64,000 bases of DNA from Pavona decussata (taxonomy: Eukaryota): NCBI GenBank assembly GCA_977016875.1, contig CDRNST010000101.1, positions 248,001 through 312,000 on the forward strand. The letters run 5' to 3'. Positions 1-13,805 of this stretch are shown here, in pieces. How positions within the stretch are numbered: position 1 is the first letter of the stretch; each line of letters opens with the position of its first letter. Under the pieces are notes generated by a model that searched no databases, had not been told where the DNA came from, and saw only the letters and a program-made list of their open reading frames with translations. The translations under genes and the position numbers were made by a program.

Positions 1-811
1 GCAGCCAGAGGCGAGTCAATCCCTTGGCAGATCGTTCAAACATGGTGTTAAAGTGTTGGTCAATAAACGATGCAAAATATTTTGCATCCATTTTTTCTTA
101 TCTCTCGCAAATTATTACTCCTCCACCGTGAGTTATTGCTACCATCATCTTGGCAACTTTACCTCCTGTTCCGACTTTACTTCCCTTAGCCAAACACCCT
201 TGGTTTAAACCTTCGGATTTTTTTTGCCATACTCTCCCTTTGGGTGCTCGGGCTTGGTCCATGGGGTTGGTCTTGTAAATAAACGAGACCCCATCTAAGT
301 AAAACGCGATAGTGTCCGTCCAGACACTCTGAGGGTAATTTGATTGCATCCGTCTAGCAAATTCTACTCTTCTCTCTTTGTCGCTTTGACTCATTAGTCC
401 CTTTTTACGAGCCTGCAGGAAGAGGTACCCCTTTCTATTTAACAAACGCCGAACCGTTCGATCAGTGACATGACGAATTCCTGTCCGCTCCATCAGGCGC
501 CGCGAAGAAAATGAACCTTCTTGCTCTCTTAACTCTTCAATGGTTCTAAGAATCAACGCTTCGTGTTCAGGAGTGACCTTTTTCTTTCTGCCGCTCAAAT
601 GTCTCCTGCTCTCATGTACTTCCTGGTATTTTGAGCTCGTTACGCGGTGAACACTTGCTGTCGAGACCTGAAAGTGTTCGGCGATCTCATTTAATGTGAG
701 ATTTGTAGTCATCTTTAGGACTCTGACTGAAGCCTTTGTTTCGTCCGATATTCTTTTTCTCGAGGGCATGTTGTCTGAGGATTTTTCAGTGCTTTTTGGA
801 AAGTTGTGCAA
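1..811 (-). pseudogene. Tc1/mariner-like transposase with a premature stop; runs off the window edge
   Basis: ORF 98..811 has N-terminal HTH-like segments and WTDTIAFYLDGVSF (first catalytic D). The frame continues past the TAA as EKMDAKYFASFIDQHFNTMFERSAKGLTRLWL toward the second D. Confidence 0.8.
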
Positions 812-999
812 ACAATTGCGTATTTTATTTACTCTCTGTTACCAAAATATCGCACTTGTGATACCTAAACACAGATACCGCCTTCAGGTTGTGACGCGTG
901 TGACTGCGTCAGACACAGTTGATATAGCCTGATAAATGTGTTGACAAATAATCTACTAATTAGTCACTCCCTTTGTTTTGTCATGTTTAAGGCCGGCGG

Positions 1000-1151
1000 A
1001 CAATCTTGGACAGATCAAATGAAAAATTAAGACCAGCCCTCCCCCCCATTTCAATGATGGAAAAATGGCGCATTTTGCTTTGCGCGCGAATTCATCATTG
1101 AATTTGGGGGGAGGGGGGTTTAATTTTTCATTTTAATCTGTCCAAGATTGT
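1000..1151. mobile_element. Palindromic MITE
   Basis: ACAATCTTGGACAGATCAAATGAAAAATTAA...CCCCCCCATTTCAATGATG pairs with CATCATTGAATTTGGGGGG...TTAATTTTTCATTTTAATCTGTCCAAGATTGT. It sits where the adjacent MULE-like frame breaks off. Confidence 0.8.
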
Positions 1152-1152
1152 A

Positions 1153-2670
1153 GGTTAAAAGTGGGGTCTATCTGAAGTACTGCAAACATCATCTCAGTGC
1201 AAAATTTTTCCATCTCTGTAAGCTGAACAGAAGCAAGGACAATGGATAAGCTCTCTCTCCCAAAACTGACATCTTGGATGAATTGATTGCCCTCCTCTTT
1301 CATCCAGTACAAAAGGGAAAGATCTTCATCATCTTTCTCTCCACCAAATTGCTGTTGAGAGGAAGTGACTACTCTTCTGGCATATTAGGCTTGCCGGACT
1401 CCTCGTGGCATTTGGGCCAAAGACTCAACCTTTGTAACCCCACCATGTCTTGCCTTGGTCTGTCGGACAGCTTCTCTTGGCCCCAGCATTACACACTTCT
1501 CTTTCAGGGTGGCCATAGTTGAAGGCTGTGTGCGAGTAAATCCTCGTGCTCCGTCTTTGCAAGAGTTACCATGGGGCTGAAGATCAAAGTCACCTTCTTC
1601 GCGCTCAAAACAATATTGAACAAGAGCAATGTTGTTCACGATATCCCCCCTTCTATCACAAGCATATATAATCCGACGGTGGAAGTGGTTACCATCTTCA
1701 AATGTCTTAGTGTGGTAGACTCGATTGAGTGTATTGACAAGCAAAATCTGTAGCATGGATTTGTTGAAATCAGTGTTAGTGGAAAAGCTATGACATCATA
1801 AAGTTTTTGTGACGCCACAGTTTCTTCAATGGCACGAATTTCAACAAATCCATGCTACAGATTTTGCATCTACCTGTTGGCTTTTGTTGCATTAGAGAAG
1901 GATGTAAGCTGTGTGAGGTTATAAGAATTTGTATTCTGGTCAAGTGACTTACCAAATATGGTCATGACTACGGAAAGTGATGGTAATCTGTCATAGAAGA
2001 AACATAGCCAAAAACTAGACCCAGGATACTAATGGATTCCAAGATATGATGGTTAGAAGTCACCCATAGCAACCATTTTGTAGTTAAGGGTCTTTCCCCT
2101 TAATGCCTTTTAGTACAAGAACCTTTGTCATATGACTTGGTCATGTGTAAATGTTACTGTTAAATTTATTACTTAGTGAAGTTATAAATGGTGACAAAGT
2201 TTTTACAGTAATCGGGCAGTTTTTTGACATGAAAAGGACTACAAGTTTGTAATGTATTGTATCAACAAGCCTGTGTTACTAATTAAAAATAAGCTTGCAA
2301 GATGGAATAAGTATGAGAAAAAAATCCATATAGGGGGGCTTTCCATGTGCTCTTAAATCCTCCAAGCTGATTCGTCTTAAGTCAATCAAGAAGGAAAACT
2401 CCTTTTTCACTTTTAATGGCTGCCTGGTACAAACCATCCTAGGTTCTGGGTTAAATAGTAGGGACACGATGCTATTGGTAGAAACGGACTTTCCAAGAAG
2501 AGAACATTGGTTTTTGCAAGTCATCATCCAGCCATCTGAGTTCCGCTGTTTCGTCCTTTAAATTTCTTATTACTGGAGAATCTTCAATCACAACAGTTGC
2601 AGGCTTCACTGGTTTTGCCCCTTTCACAGGACTGTCTGTGATTTGGATGACTTCAATGCTTCTCTGCAGG
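1153..2670 (-). pseudogene. Degenerate MULE/MuDR-like transposase, N-terminal part
   Basis: 2279..2527 reads VCTRQPLKVKKEFSFLIDL. 1385..1756 reads VQYCF...PHGNS...FTRTQPST. In-frame read-through of the stop gives ...MEKFCTEMMFAVLQIDPTFNL, with the D of DPTFNL resembling the first MULE catalytic D. Confidence 0.6.
1741..1867. repeat. Perfect 30-bp inverted repeat with 67-bp spacer
   Basis: GCAAAATCTGTAGCATGGATTTGTTGAAAT (1741-1770) is the exact reverse complement of 1838-1867. Confidence 0.9.
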
Positions 2671-2820
2671 TAGGAAAAATTCAGTACACTTAATTGAAAA
2701 GTAAAAACATGGGTAATGCAGTAATTAATATTAATACATTACTTGCTGAGAGACAAAACAGGCTAGAGCAATTGTGGAAGTATGCTGAGGCTAAACATCA
2801 ATCATATGGCCAAGTATCAG

Positions 2821-3965
2821 TTAACCCATTGTCCCCTCGAGGCGTAACGCGTGACATTATGCTAATTTCCTAGAAATTTTGGAGTACAGACTGCGTGATC
2901 CAAATGCTTGAAATAAACCATATGCGCAGTAGCACTATAGACGGGATCAGGTTTCAAAGCAAAGCTCATCCCAAAGAGGAGGAATTTTGCTGCCGGAAAG
3001 TGTAAACAATTTATCATTTGATGCATGGACATATAGGACAAGGAGAAAAGCACAAATGAAATTAATTTTTTTTGTGTTTTACGCGCCGCGAGCTCCAAAT
3101 ATGAATAATTAGCGGCCGCATAAAACTGTTAAGACAGGTCATGTCAAGAACCGAAAATGGGTAAAATCACTGTTGTATACATCAAATATGAATTTTAACT
3201 GTATTTATTGAAGTTTTCTTGCAGATTCAAGGTCATTTAAATGTAGGCAAGGATAAGAGAAAGAGAGAATGACTCGAGCCGCACGAGAACTCTTCGCGAA
3301 AAGCAAAGCACAAACGCATCGCATCGCAAACAAAAACTCACGCAGCGCAAGGAACGACAAAACAAACAAGTAGAGATTCCAAACAAGTTTTATTTACAAG
3401 ATAAAGAATTCGGCAGCCAAAATCTGACAAACGACGCTAAATAAAAACTTAAATCGTGCCAAATAAAGGCCAAAATTGTGTGACCGGTCCAAACCAAAAT
3501 GAGATTCAAAATACTATATTCTACGCATCATTGAAAAACAATTTGCGGCCTGATTGCAAACTAGTGAAACGTGTCACTATTAGTGGCCAAAGGTTATTTA
3601 ACCAAGAAAAGATCTCAAATATTGATTAGGCCAAAATGCAATGAAATCGTGATCGTATATACTTTTGAAACTTACCGATAGTTCATATATGACAGCGTCG
3701 CAGATAGGGACTCGGGTTATAAAGAATGCAATTTCAAGCCGCGTGGTATTCATGAACGCAAGTTTTGCAAAGCGCTACACTACATGGTAAACACTGAAAA
3801 GTGGTCTGTACTGAACGTCCCCCACTTGTTTTTCTACCCACCCTCTTACAATGCACACAAACTCTCCTCCTACCTTCAATTTTAACACTAAAATGCTTCC
3901 CAATATTTTCTAGGGCGACCGACAAATTATCAATCTTGCGGCGCTTTGAAAAGGCGATCGAAATT
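2821..3965 (-). mobile_element. piggyBac 3' end fragment
   Basis: TTAA|CCC terminus at 2821. ORF 3734..3925 encodes the piggyBac C-terminal Cys-rich domain (H..RRRVCVHC...TTFQCLPCSVALCKTC..EYH). Confidence 0.75.
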
Positions 3966-4080
3966 TTCAGTACTGTGCACCGTGCACATGGTCCATAAAA
4001 TACTCATCGATACCAATGACATTTCTTAGCAGACATTGTAAATGTTTCTTTTGCAACCACCATCCTTCCAAAACAAAACA

Positions 4081-5250
4081 TTACTCAACCAAACCGGAGA
4101 TGACTTGTAGCTCAACAAGAAAAAATAAAATAACCCGCAACCTGAAGCTAGCATAAAAGTAGTCTTCCAGACGATTTAGCTTTAATAAAATGTTGTAGGT
4201 GGCAAGTGGAAGTGGAATGCAAGTTTCCAGAAGGTTAAGTAAAGTGCCGTATTGAAGATCCTTGCACTTATGAAAGACTGTTTTAAGTACATTTTTCGCC
4301 AAGGTCTACCCTCTATAGGTTATCTCAAGGAGAAACCGTGTGCCCTAAGGTTTGGGCTTGTCTGCGAGATTCTTGCCAAGAAAAACCGACTTGTATACAG
4401 ACCACTCAGAGGACAAAAAGTTGCTGACAATGTCTTCATCACTGTTGTAGACGACATGTAGAGCACCCATACAAGGGATAACAGAAGTGATGGGATCTGG
4501 TGTGTCTCCCTGCTTAACTAAATTACATGCCCTTTACACAATGTGACGGGGGAAGAATTGTGAGGGTCAATCCCCAGACATTAAAACCACAAACCTTGGA
4601 AGATACTCCTTTAGATGGCTTTGAGAGACCAACCCTAAGGCAGTTTTGTGGTTATTCCTGCACTTTAAAAGTAAATTTACAAAGTCAAAAAGGTGCACAT
4701 CACTTAATGATCACATCCTTCTGACAGCTGTAGAAGCATGATAATCGTGGGATTCCAAGCAATGCCTTTCCAGTACTGGATCAAAAATTAAAACAGATAA
4801 TTCTGGACCGGTTGAAACAAAATGGTTGTGAAAAAAAAAACAAAACATGACAGTTTGTTAATGTCAATGCCTACAGGGTTGTGAATTTTCCTGGGTTCTA
4901 GAGCAAGAATGGCCTTGACTTCTTTGGTGACCTTGATGATGATGGTGTAGAAATTTTACAGACACTGAAGTCCTTTCGTGTAAACTTTTGTCTAGTCATC
5001 AATCAGTAAGGTCACTAAATGCTCATTTTCTATGGTACTTTTCACTATGTCACCCAATAGAATTTTTAAAATAAAACGAAGAAATTTCTTTTTTGACCCC
5101 TCCAGAGCAGATGAAAGTACCAAGCGATCTTTGTCATATGACAAAATTTCAGGAACAGCGCATTGTCTTTCTGCAAAACATCACATTTCAAAGATAAACA
5201 AAAGCATAATTGGTACAATGAGGCACCAGTGCATTTCTTTTTGAGTTCAG
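4081..5250 (-). pseudogene. Remnant of an unclassified transposase-like family, copy A
   Basis: Fragments LVTLLIDD, VIPCMGALHV and NLADKPKP*GTRFLLEITY...CKDLQYGTLLNLLETCIPL, with stops and frameshifts. Homologous to 11249-12180. Confidence 0.5.
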
Positions 5251-6248
5251 ATCTTTTGTTGATGTGTCGGGAGGTTGAAATAAAAGCAAAAATGAAATCA
5301 AATAGATTATTTTAACCAACACTGGAGCAGAACTGGTAGAAAGCATCAGGGCCGCCCATGGAGATTCTGCCATTCTGGACAGCATTCTGAAAATCTGCAC
5401 CTGAAATGTAGCAAACAGATAATACAATCTGTTACAACAAAGTTTTATCAAAGCCTTTGAAGTCAAAATGGTGACTTGTTGTCGCAGCCTCCTTAAAATT
5501 CTGAAAGTGTCGGCTATTGTTAAAGAGAAAGTGAACCTGAAAATTTGGACCGATTGTTTTGAGTGCAAAACACATCTTCAATCCATAAAGCATGTCTCAC
5601 CTAAGCATTTATATTGAAAGGAAACCTTCCCATGATACCTTCACCTTGTACATAAGTGTGTTAAATTGTTACTGGAGTCTACCAAAGACATTTGTCATCG
5701 TTTGTTTGTGTTTGTCTTACATGTGTTTATATTTATGCCTGCATTACATGTGTTAACCTGGCCTCAAGCAGCGTCAGGTACCTGTTTGACTGAAACAACT
5801 GGTACCTAATAAGGCCACAACACATTGTATTTTTTTTAGCCCTAAAAGAGTAGACGTGTCCCAATTGTTTAAGATTTTACTCATTTACTCATCAACTGTT
5901 CGACTGTATTTTCCAGTGCAAAAGTTGACCCTACTTTTTGAGGCTAAAAGTTGGGATTTTACTTATTTGTGGTGTATAGACTAAGTTCAAATTCCTGACA
6001 GTTTTTTTGTAAAAGAGTTCAGTGGAGAAAAATATTGCATACATCGAGAGACCCACTTGGGGGAGAATTATCTTACAAATATCCAAAATTCAAAGCCATA
6101 CCTTTAACAAAGAGGTATATTAAGAAACTGTAACTTTTAGAAGATGTTTGGGAGCTCTTTATGCCAAGAAAAATGTTAAAACAATTAAAAAACACGAAGG
6201 AGCGAAGTTGAGAAAATGACCCGCTATCTTGTATGACTTAGTAACCTG

Positions 6249-6489
6249 GCCCCAGTTGTTCAAAGGGCGGATAATTTTATCCACTGGATAGGTCACGATG
6301 CGGTAGATAAAATGCGTGCAAGAAATTTGCTATAGCCGTATAATTTGTGTATAAGGTAGAAGCGTCTGTCTAATTTAAGTATGGGAGTGTGTGAAAAACT
6401 TGCGAAAAGCTTTTGTTGGAGTACATTTTATCCACTGGACAGCAACGTATCCACTGGATAAAGTTATCCGCTCCTTGAACAACTGGGGC
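6249..6489. mobile_element. PIF/Harbinger-type MITE
   Basis: TIRs GCCCCAGTTGTTCAA / TTGAACAACTGGGGC with internal TATCCACTGGATA motifs. CTG 3-bp TSD at 6246-6248 and 6490-6492. Confidence 0.85.
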
Positions 6490-6873
6490 CTGGTAATAAA
6501 AACCTGACGAGCACTGGTAACTAAAATAAATGCACGTGCTTTTGACGTAAATGAAATCCCTTCCCTCTCTACCCAAAACACTCCTCATTCAAAGAAGCCA
6601 ATCGTTTAATATATTATAAAACTATCTCTTTTACAGTAATGTTGGTGAGCAGTTCAACTATTTACATGAAAAAGACAAAGAAATGTCAAATGTTCAAATG
6701 TCAAATACAGCTAAGTCTTCTTACACTGCTCAACTATTTACTGGCGAACTTTAGTAAATTTAAGACTTATAAGATGGAATTTCAATGTCTAAAAGCCCTC
6801 AAATTCTTCCTCCTGGTCACTCTCTCCAAACAAGTCGCACCACTGTTCCTCTGTTAGTTTGTCATCGTAAATG

Positions 6874-7210
6874 TCACACGTCCTCCATTTCTTCATCTTC
6901 ACTGCCTTCAGCTGCAACAAGTTCCTCTTTCTCGTTATCCCACAAGATGTCATCTTTGGTTCCGTCTATCGCATTCGAAATAAGGCACTTCTTAAGTGAG
7001 CAAGAAACCATCTCTTGGGATAGCTCTTCCCATGATTCATCGACCCAGGAGGAGACAGAACTTAGTGAAGGTGCCTTGATGTTACCGCCAGCTGTGAAAC
7101 TCTTCTGACCCTCAATCATCCACATGGTACACGTTTCATGAAGGCGATCTTTAAATGGCTTTTTCAGGCTGACATCAAGCGGCTGTAACACACTGGTAAG
7201 TGCACCAGGT
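6874..7210 (-). pseudogene. pogo/Tigger-type DDE transposase C-terminal fragment
   Basis: LQPLDVSLKKPFKDRL...W...TAGGNIKAPS...WVDESW...SLKKCLISNAIDGTKDD is a typical DDE_1 tail. Confidence 0.85.
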
Positions 7211-9469
7211 TCACAGGCGAGACTTCAATACAAACACTGTTATTTCAAGACGCATTTGCCTACCCATCAAAATGGCTTCAAAAACCATGATAAGGTCTAT
7301 TAGCAGAGTGTCACTACAGTATTAAAGGAGGTCCTAATTTAGTTTTCATGGTTTGTTCTTCCTTTTTAATGTAAGTTTTATTAGCATCACTATATTAACA
7401 AAGAAAGGAGATAATAAAAAGATAGAAACAGAGAAGTAAAGCAGCGACTCGAAGGATCAGTTTAACTTATTTTGGCTTAGTGGCATTGAAATAGGCCAGG
7501 AAACCAGAGAATTATTCAGTTTTTGGGTATCTTTTGTTTGGATTCATTGTCATGTGAAATATCTTGCTACCATTCATGTAGGGCAAATTTGTTGAACATT
7601 GCTGTCTCAGAGTTTATTTACAGGACATTAAATCTAGCACCTGGGCAGAGGAAAGGGAAAAATTCTTTGGAATAAACGAATTTTCTTTGATTGTTATTAT
7701 TGTTTTATTAGTTCTTGTCATAAAGTATTGGTTTTACAGCAGGACCAAAACGGCGGATATTATTTTCCAGCTTCAACTTTAGCAGAAGTGAAATAGGTTT
7801 TTTTCTGACAAACCTATTTTTGTTTGAAATTACAGTGTACCTTATTAAAATATAAATGTTATCATATTCATCAAGCTAAGCAAACTGGATTTTATTTTGT
7901 AAACTTTTTCGCGCAGAAATATATTTTTGCACTTTTTCTGAATACAATCATACTTTTTTTTCTCGACAACCCTTGGAAACTTTACACAATAATATTGTTG
8001 TTAGTAGGAGCTGTACTTAGTGCTCATATCTACTAGATCCTATTAACATCATGAAAGCCATACAGAGAGCAATAGATATCCTGAGAATTGAATTTTATTT
8101 AAGCTTTTTGATGAAATTGGCAATCTTTGTAAAAGCTTAGCACGCAGCCTGTCCACATTTTTAAGAACTCCCTTGTCAACATGTGTACCACCATCAACGA
8201 TTTTAAACGTAATGATGAGATGTTAGTCGTGTTATTTGTGTAGTTACTGAAAGGGGAAAAAATTTGGGTGAGGTGGCAGGGGGGAGCATAACATAAGTCA
8301 TGAATATCAGTAAATTGTGAAACTGTTTCACTTTACATTTTCTAATAGTAAGAAAGTAGTATAATCATAATACTCATGTAACAGAAGTGTCAGAAGGGGG
8401 CTGCAAGTTTTTTGTTATAACTTTGGGATAACAAATGTGCACAAACATTAGTTTTTATGTGATCATTCTGTGGAAATTGACAAGTGGTTGCTTATAATTT
8501 GGATTAGCCATTAAAAGAGGGTTTGTCAAAAATACAAAAATACATTGAGATTTCTGACAACTTTTGCAGAAGATACAAATTATTGTGTCACTCACAAAAT
8601 TAATGGAAAGTTTCACTGATAATTGTCACAAAAGTAGGTATTCTGTTGTTAAAAAATGGTCATCAAAATAGCATTGTCTTAACGAGAACCACGCAAGAGA
8701 AGCTGATATTAATTAAGCATGATTCAAAGCCAATTCCACAAAAATATTTGAACACGGTTCATCCTAATGAGACATTGACAAAACATTGCTAATGAACGTG
8801 TGCTAAATTTTTGGCCTTCACTTGAAGCAGTGGTATAAAGAAGGCCACAAGTCTCATAGATGAACCAAAATAAAAGTTGTGGTTGATTGAATGTATATTC
8901 CAGAACAACCAGAATAGCTGTTAGATTTCCCCTCTTCACTGGAACACGATAATTTAAGAGTGATTTTGTACTGCAGTAACTCCAAAACCTCTTATGAGGG
9001 ATTTCTTGTCATCATTGTTTGTATTGCTATTATGGAATAGGGTCAATCAAATACAACTTAAAACTGGTCACATCTACATACATGTAATGGGTATATTAAT
9101 TGCTTGGGTCATAACTGACCTATGGTGAATTTAATAAATGTTTGTAGATTTTTTTAATGGGGTCTTTAATTCCTTCAGGAATCCTTGCCTCAACAATCCG
9201 TCTGCTGTATTACCCTTTGTTTAGGAATAAAAGTACAAAAATTGCTTGTACTCATTTTTTTTTTTGTAGTTTGAACTTAAATACACTTGTTCAGTTTATA
9301 GGCAATTTATATAGTTTTTTATATAAAAAGAAAAAAAAAACAGAGGGTAAAACACAAGATTAAATGTCAAGGCGATGCTTCCTGGAAGAATTGAAGGCCA
9401 AATCCAATCCACAAGGACAAACTATTTTTTGAAAGGCCATACATGTATAATCTTTTTAAGCAAGCACAG

Positions 9470-9590
9470 GGGCCGTACTACGAGAATATCGGTTTGAGGT
9501 CTTGATAGGACTGAGTGTAGCGACGTCTGTACAAAAAAGACTGAGGGCCAATATTCTCCCAGTATGGCCCTAGCGCTTGGTAGATAATAG
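9470..9590. mobile_element. Short palindromic non-autonomous element
   Basis: GGGCCGTACTACGAGAATATCGG pairs imperfectly with CCAATATTCTCCCAGTATGGCCC. Confidence 0.55.
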
Positions 9591-11248
9591 ATTCATTACA
9601 CAACTGCAAAGAACTTTCAATGTGTTATATACAGTATAACATTTCATTACAAAAATGGTTGAGATGTGAAGAACACTAAATTATTCAGTACTGATTGAGG
9701 GCCTACCATGTGTTTCTGCAGGAAAAAGGATTTTTTTACTACTTAACTACATTACATAGTTTTGGGGAAAATTTGCATTAAGTAATCTACCCATGCTATT
9801 TTTTATCACTGAATGATTCAACAGCTTTCTCTTGCCTGATTGAAGGCCAGCAGCAGAAACAACGTCTGACAAAAACTACATGTAGAGTGTAGCCCATGCA
9901 GCTGATTTTTACCCAGTGGTGAAGATCATTATCCACCATCTTGATTTCAAAAATGAAGGCGGGACACAACGCAAGATCATTGAGGACAATACCTGGGTAA
10001 AAAGAGCAATGTGATTGTTTAATTTTATTAAATGGCCCTTTCACTGCCTTAGTCATGTAATAAATATACTGTAATTATTATTTAACTGCTTTGCTTGACA
10101 CGCAAAACTAATAATCATGACTAAGATGTATCATTTACACTTATTAAAATGATGGATGTAACAAAAATTTGAAAAGTAGCTTGGATTAAATTACATTCAC
10201 AGAAAGAATAATCACTTGTAATTAAGGATGTAAACAGCATGTGAGAGTGCTGGCGGGTCATCACATCTAGTCAAACGAATGCCATGGCTTTTCACATGGA
10301 GGCCAACATTAAAATTCCACCCCAATGCAGGAACAACTTGCTAACTAAATTGCACAGGTGTGGTGTCCTCCATCCCAGTATGTGACAATTCGAAGATGAT
10401 ACCTTGATTTGTTTTCGTGTTAAGTGGATACTAAGGTAGATTTGAGTTGGCCAGGCTAATTTTCCTGTAAGCCACCGTTGATTTGAGAACATTTGATGAA
10501 GAGGTAACAGGGTTCGGGTTCCCTCATAGGGCAGATTTAAAAACGATTTCAGAAAATCAGTTGGAAAAACAAAGTAAGTGAAATGTGATCAGCAAATTGT
10601 TAATGGGACAAGAATTGATAATCTCGATGTTTTTGCCCTCATATGAAAACTTTCCTCCCCAGGGTTGTACAGGAACTGTAGGCTGTGACACGGAGTCTTT
10701 TCCCTTTTTTTCTGTTTTGTGTTCATTTGCAATGAAATTTTTCTCTTAACCCGTTTGGCGTTCTGTTGGTTTCTCACCACAACATTTTTCTAAGAATTCT
10801 ACGATGGCCTCTTTAGCTCTAAAATTCCACCAACAACAAGACATGGGAGCACGACTTCCTTTCTTTTCGGGTATCTGATGGCCCTGTTTGGATTCTGGAG
10901 CTGGCTGTGGATGAACGCTTGGACCGACAGCACTGGGGGTGTATTTTGGCCACGATCTTATTTCAGCATTTAATCAGTGGGACCTCTCCTTGACATCCTT
11001 TTCATTTACGTTTGGTAGCCCAGCTTTGTTTTCTTATCACTTGTATCTTACGTATTCTCCGAAGGATTGGTTGCGGCCCTCCCTTCTGTTTGTAATTGTG
11101 AGAAGATGGTCTGTTTTGCTTTGCACATATTTTCAGGAACACAACAGGGAATGCCCTCTTGACATGTTGGGCATGTTCAGTTTGAACACATGTTACGTGG
11201 AATCAATGGCCACATCCTTGAAATACTCACCAATTGGGATCTTGCTCT

Positions 11249-12180
11249 TCACAATTGGGGAAGTCGCATTCCTACAAGGATCAGGCTCGGACTCTTCATT
11301 TTGAGATAAGTGAAATCCGCATGGAAGTATCTTACCAGGGACAACTTTTTTTCTGAACAAAAAAAGGCGGCATCCACTCCTGCCTCTCTCCAACTGTAGG
11401 TTAACTTGTATAGCTGCTCTTCACTTAATTGATATTTTTTTCGAAGATAGTTTTTTGAACTTTTGCAGCCTTCAGTTTGGATCACTTAAGTTGGTTTTGA
11501 GAAAGTAAAGTTCTTTGGAGGCAGAAACGTTTGCTAAAATTATCCTGGCGTTGTTTTGAAGCAAAGATGGACTGGCAAGTTTTGGTTATTTGCTCAGGTG
11601 TGCTGTGAGGGGACGTATGATTGCGAATTAAAGAATGAAAGTAATGCACTGGATACTCAGTAAAGGCCAGAAGAGAGGTAGCGTGGAGTGGATGCCCCAT
11701 TTTTCCCAGTTGAGAGAATTCAAGAGGAATACAAAAGGTGACTTGAAGTAGTGGTGATGTCAGAGCAGAAATGTACAACGCAATGTTTTTGGAACGAAAA
11801 ATCACTCCGTAATTTCTTAGCACTAATGGAAGATAGTTATCAAGAAAATTAATCAGAGTTAAAAATTGAAGGTCCTTGCAATTTTCACTAAAGGCAGTCA
11901 AGACACTCCATCTGTTGTAAGTCAGGAGCACTCAACGACTTCTTTTTCAAAAAATGATTTTTATCCATCCATGCAACAAATTAACATTAGTGCAGTCACA
12001 ACCAATTAATAATTAACTTTCGTGGGAAAAAAAAGCTGATCCTCAGTTCCAGCAAGCTTCACTCTCTAGGATTCTTAGCCAGCAAGGACATTTGCACGAG
12101 ACTTAACTCCCAGCCAGGAGAGTTTTCAAATACTTACCTTTTTACAGCAAATCGGATTCAAAAAAAGATGTTTTGTCAGC
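11249..12180 (-). pseudogene. Remnant of an unclassified transposase-like family, copy B
   Basis: Fragments LAKNPRE*SLLEL, CKDLQFLTLINFLDNYLPLVL.NYGVIFRS and FTEYPVHYFHSLIR. Aligns by eye to the 4081-4400 fragment. Confidence 0.5.
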
Positions 12181-13313
12181 CAGCAACTGTGAGGAAATGT
12201 CATGGTTCCCATCAAAACGGAAAATTGAGTCTAAATATGTAGTTTAAATAAGTGGAATGTAGGCTTTGTAATTAAAGAATTTACAATACTGACTTTATTT
12301 CTCTCTTTTCCGACCTTAAAAAAGCTAATCTCAAGGCAAAGACTGTCATGGCACGCTCAGTTGTATAAATAAATTGGCAGTTGCCGCTACATCAACTTTG
12401 TTATAATGAAAATTCCTTACTTGTCATCAAATCCTGACAGTGAACATCCTTCCTCCTTGTTGAAGCACAAGGCTGCAAGGCTTGTGATGCATCTGAAAAC
12501 TCCATCTCCTCTGGTTCTCCTTTAGGTGGTCTTGGTTAATGTCTGTGTTTATATAATACGAGCAAGCAAGTATCCACCAAAACTCAAGCTTGGGTATTAT
12601 ATTTTCAGGTATCTTTTGGACATGGCCAATCCATTCCAGATTCTGCTTGAAGGTATCAATCTCTAAGAATTTTACAAAAACGATTTCGGTAGCAACTGTC
12701 AATTACATGGAAATCGTGTCTTCTAGTGGACAAAGGCCTTAAATCGATTATTTACAACAATGTTGCAATACAACCTTGTAACCAAAGTGTACTTTCTTAT
12801 TTTGTCTTTTTTCAAACAACTTGTAACTCCAATGAGGCAGCAATCTAAATGAAATAAGAGTATATAGTACTGTACCCGACCTCCAGGGACAGTCTGGCTT
12901 CATTCTAATATTAAAAAACCATTTCATTATCTACTGAGGTCCTACTAAAACTAAAAAAAAAAATTCCTTTTTCCTCTCAAATGCAATAGCTCGAAATATC
13001 TACTCTTTTAAACGTTGCTGAATTTAATTAAGCCTTGAATTGAACAGTAAAATCGGTTTACTTCCTCAAAATCAGCACAATGGTTTGGCCATGGGACTTC
13101 AGTGAACGAACACGACTGCGTTTTGTGGGGGACTCCCCAGGGATTGGTTACCCCAGCTCGCCTTTTTTCCCTTACAAATCACAGCGGCACACATGACCAT
13201 CAAGGCACCACAGCGTTTCTGATTTGGCAAATTCTTTCCTCTGAATCACATGTTTTTCTTATTTTTTGTTTTTGGGAAGCACAGTTAATATAACGAAGAA
13301 TGTCCTGAACTGG

Positions 13314-13793
13314 TTAGCTCTTCAGTAATTCAATCATGAGCTGTGCTCTCAGCTTTGGAGATTCCTTATAAGTTGATGTGAATTTTTCCTGGATGCCATG
13401 GCTTAAGTTGCGAACACAGTAAATGACACCCACTCCGCAACTGCCTGAGCCATTTGGTTGATCCGGGATAGGCACTGTGAACCTTGATACTTTGCTCCAG
13501 GTCCTTGGCAGAAAGTGTTGCAGAGTTGTTATCCCGTACAAGTTTGCTAATGTCTTGCCATTGCAGTGAATGGGAATAAATATGGTCTCAACTGTACTCA
13601 GTTCGACATTAACATTTAAATTGTAAACTGCACTTGTTAGAAACTGTGTCGAGACATCGCTTGGAAGCATGGCAAAGATTGATCTGCCAAAAAATTCATT
13701 AGCAGCATCACAGTACTTTCGTATCAGCACGTTTATGATTTCATTGGTCAAGTAGCATTCGCAGCACAAAGCAGACACATCCTGTGATGTTAT
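13314..13793 (-). pseudogene. Ulp1/SENP (peptidase C48) domain, displaced C-terminus of the P-like gene at 16761-21500
   Basis: YLTNEIIN, TIFIPIH and IPDQPNGSGSCGVGV (Q..C catalytic motif). Joins in frame to 16761 (GQSKGYTI|TSQDVSAL). Confidence 0.75.
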
Positions 13794-13805
13794 ATATACA
13801 TACAT

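Noticed and set aside
5903-5980. Possible pogo terminal repeat
   Set aside because: Only loosely similar, and no partner TIR was found in the window.
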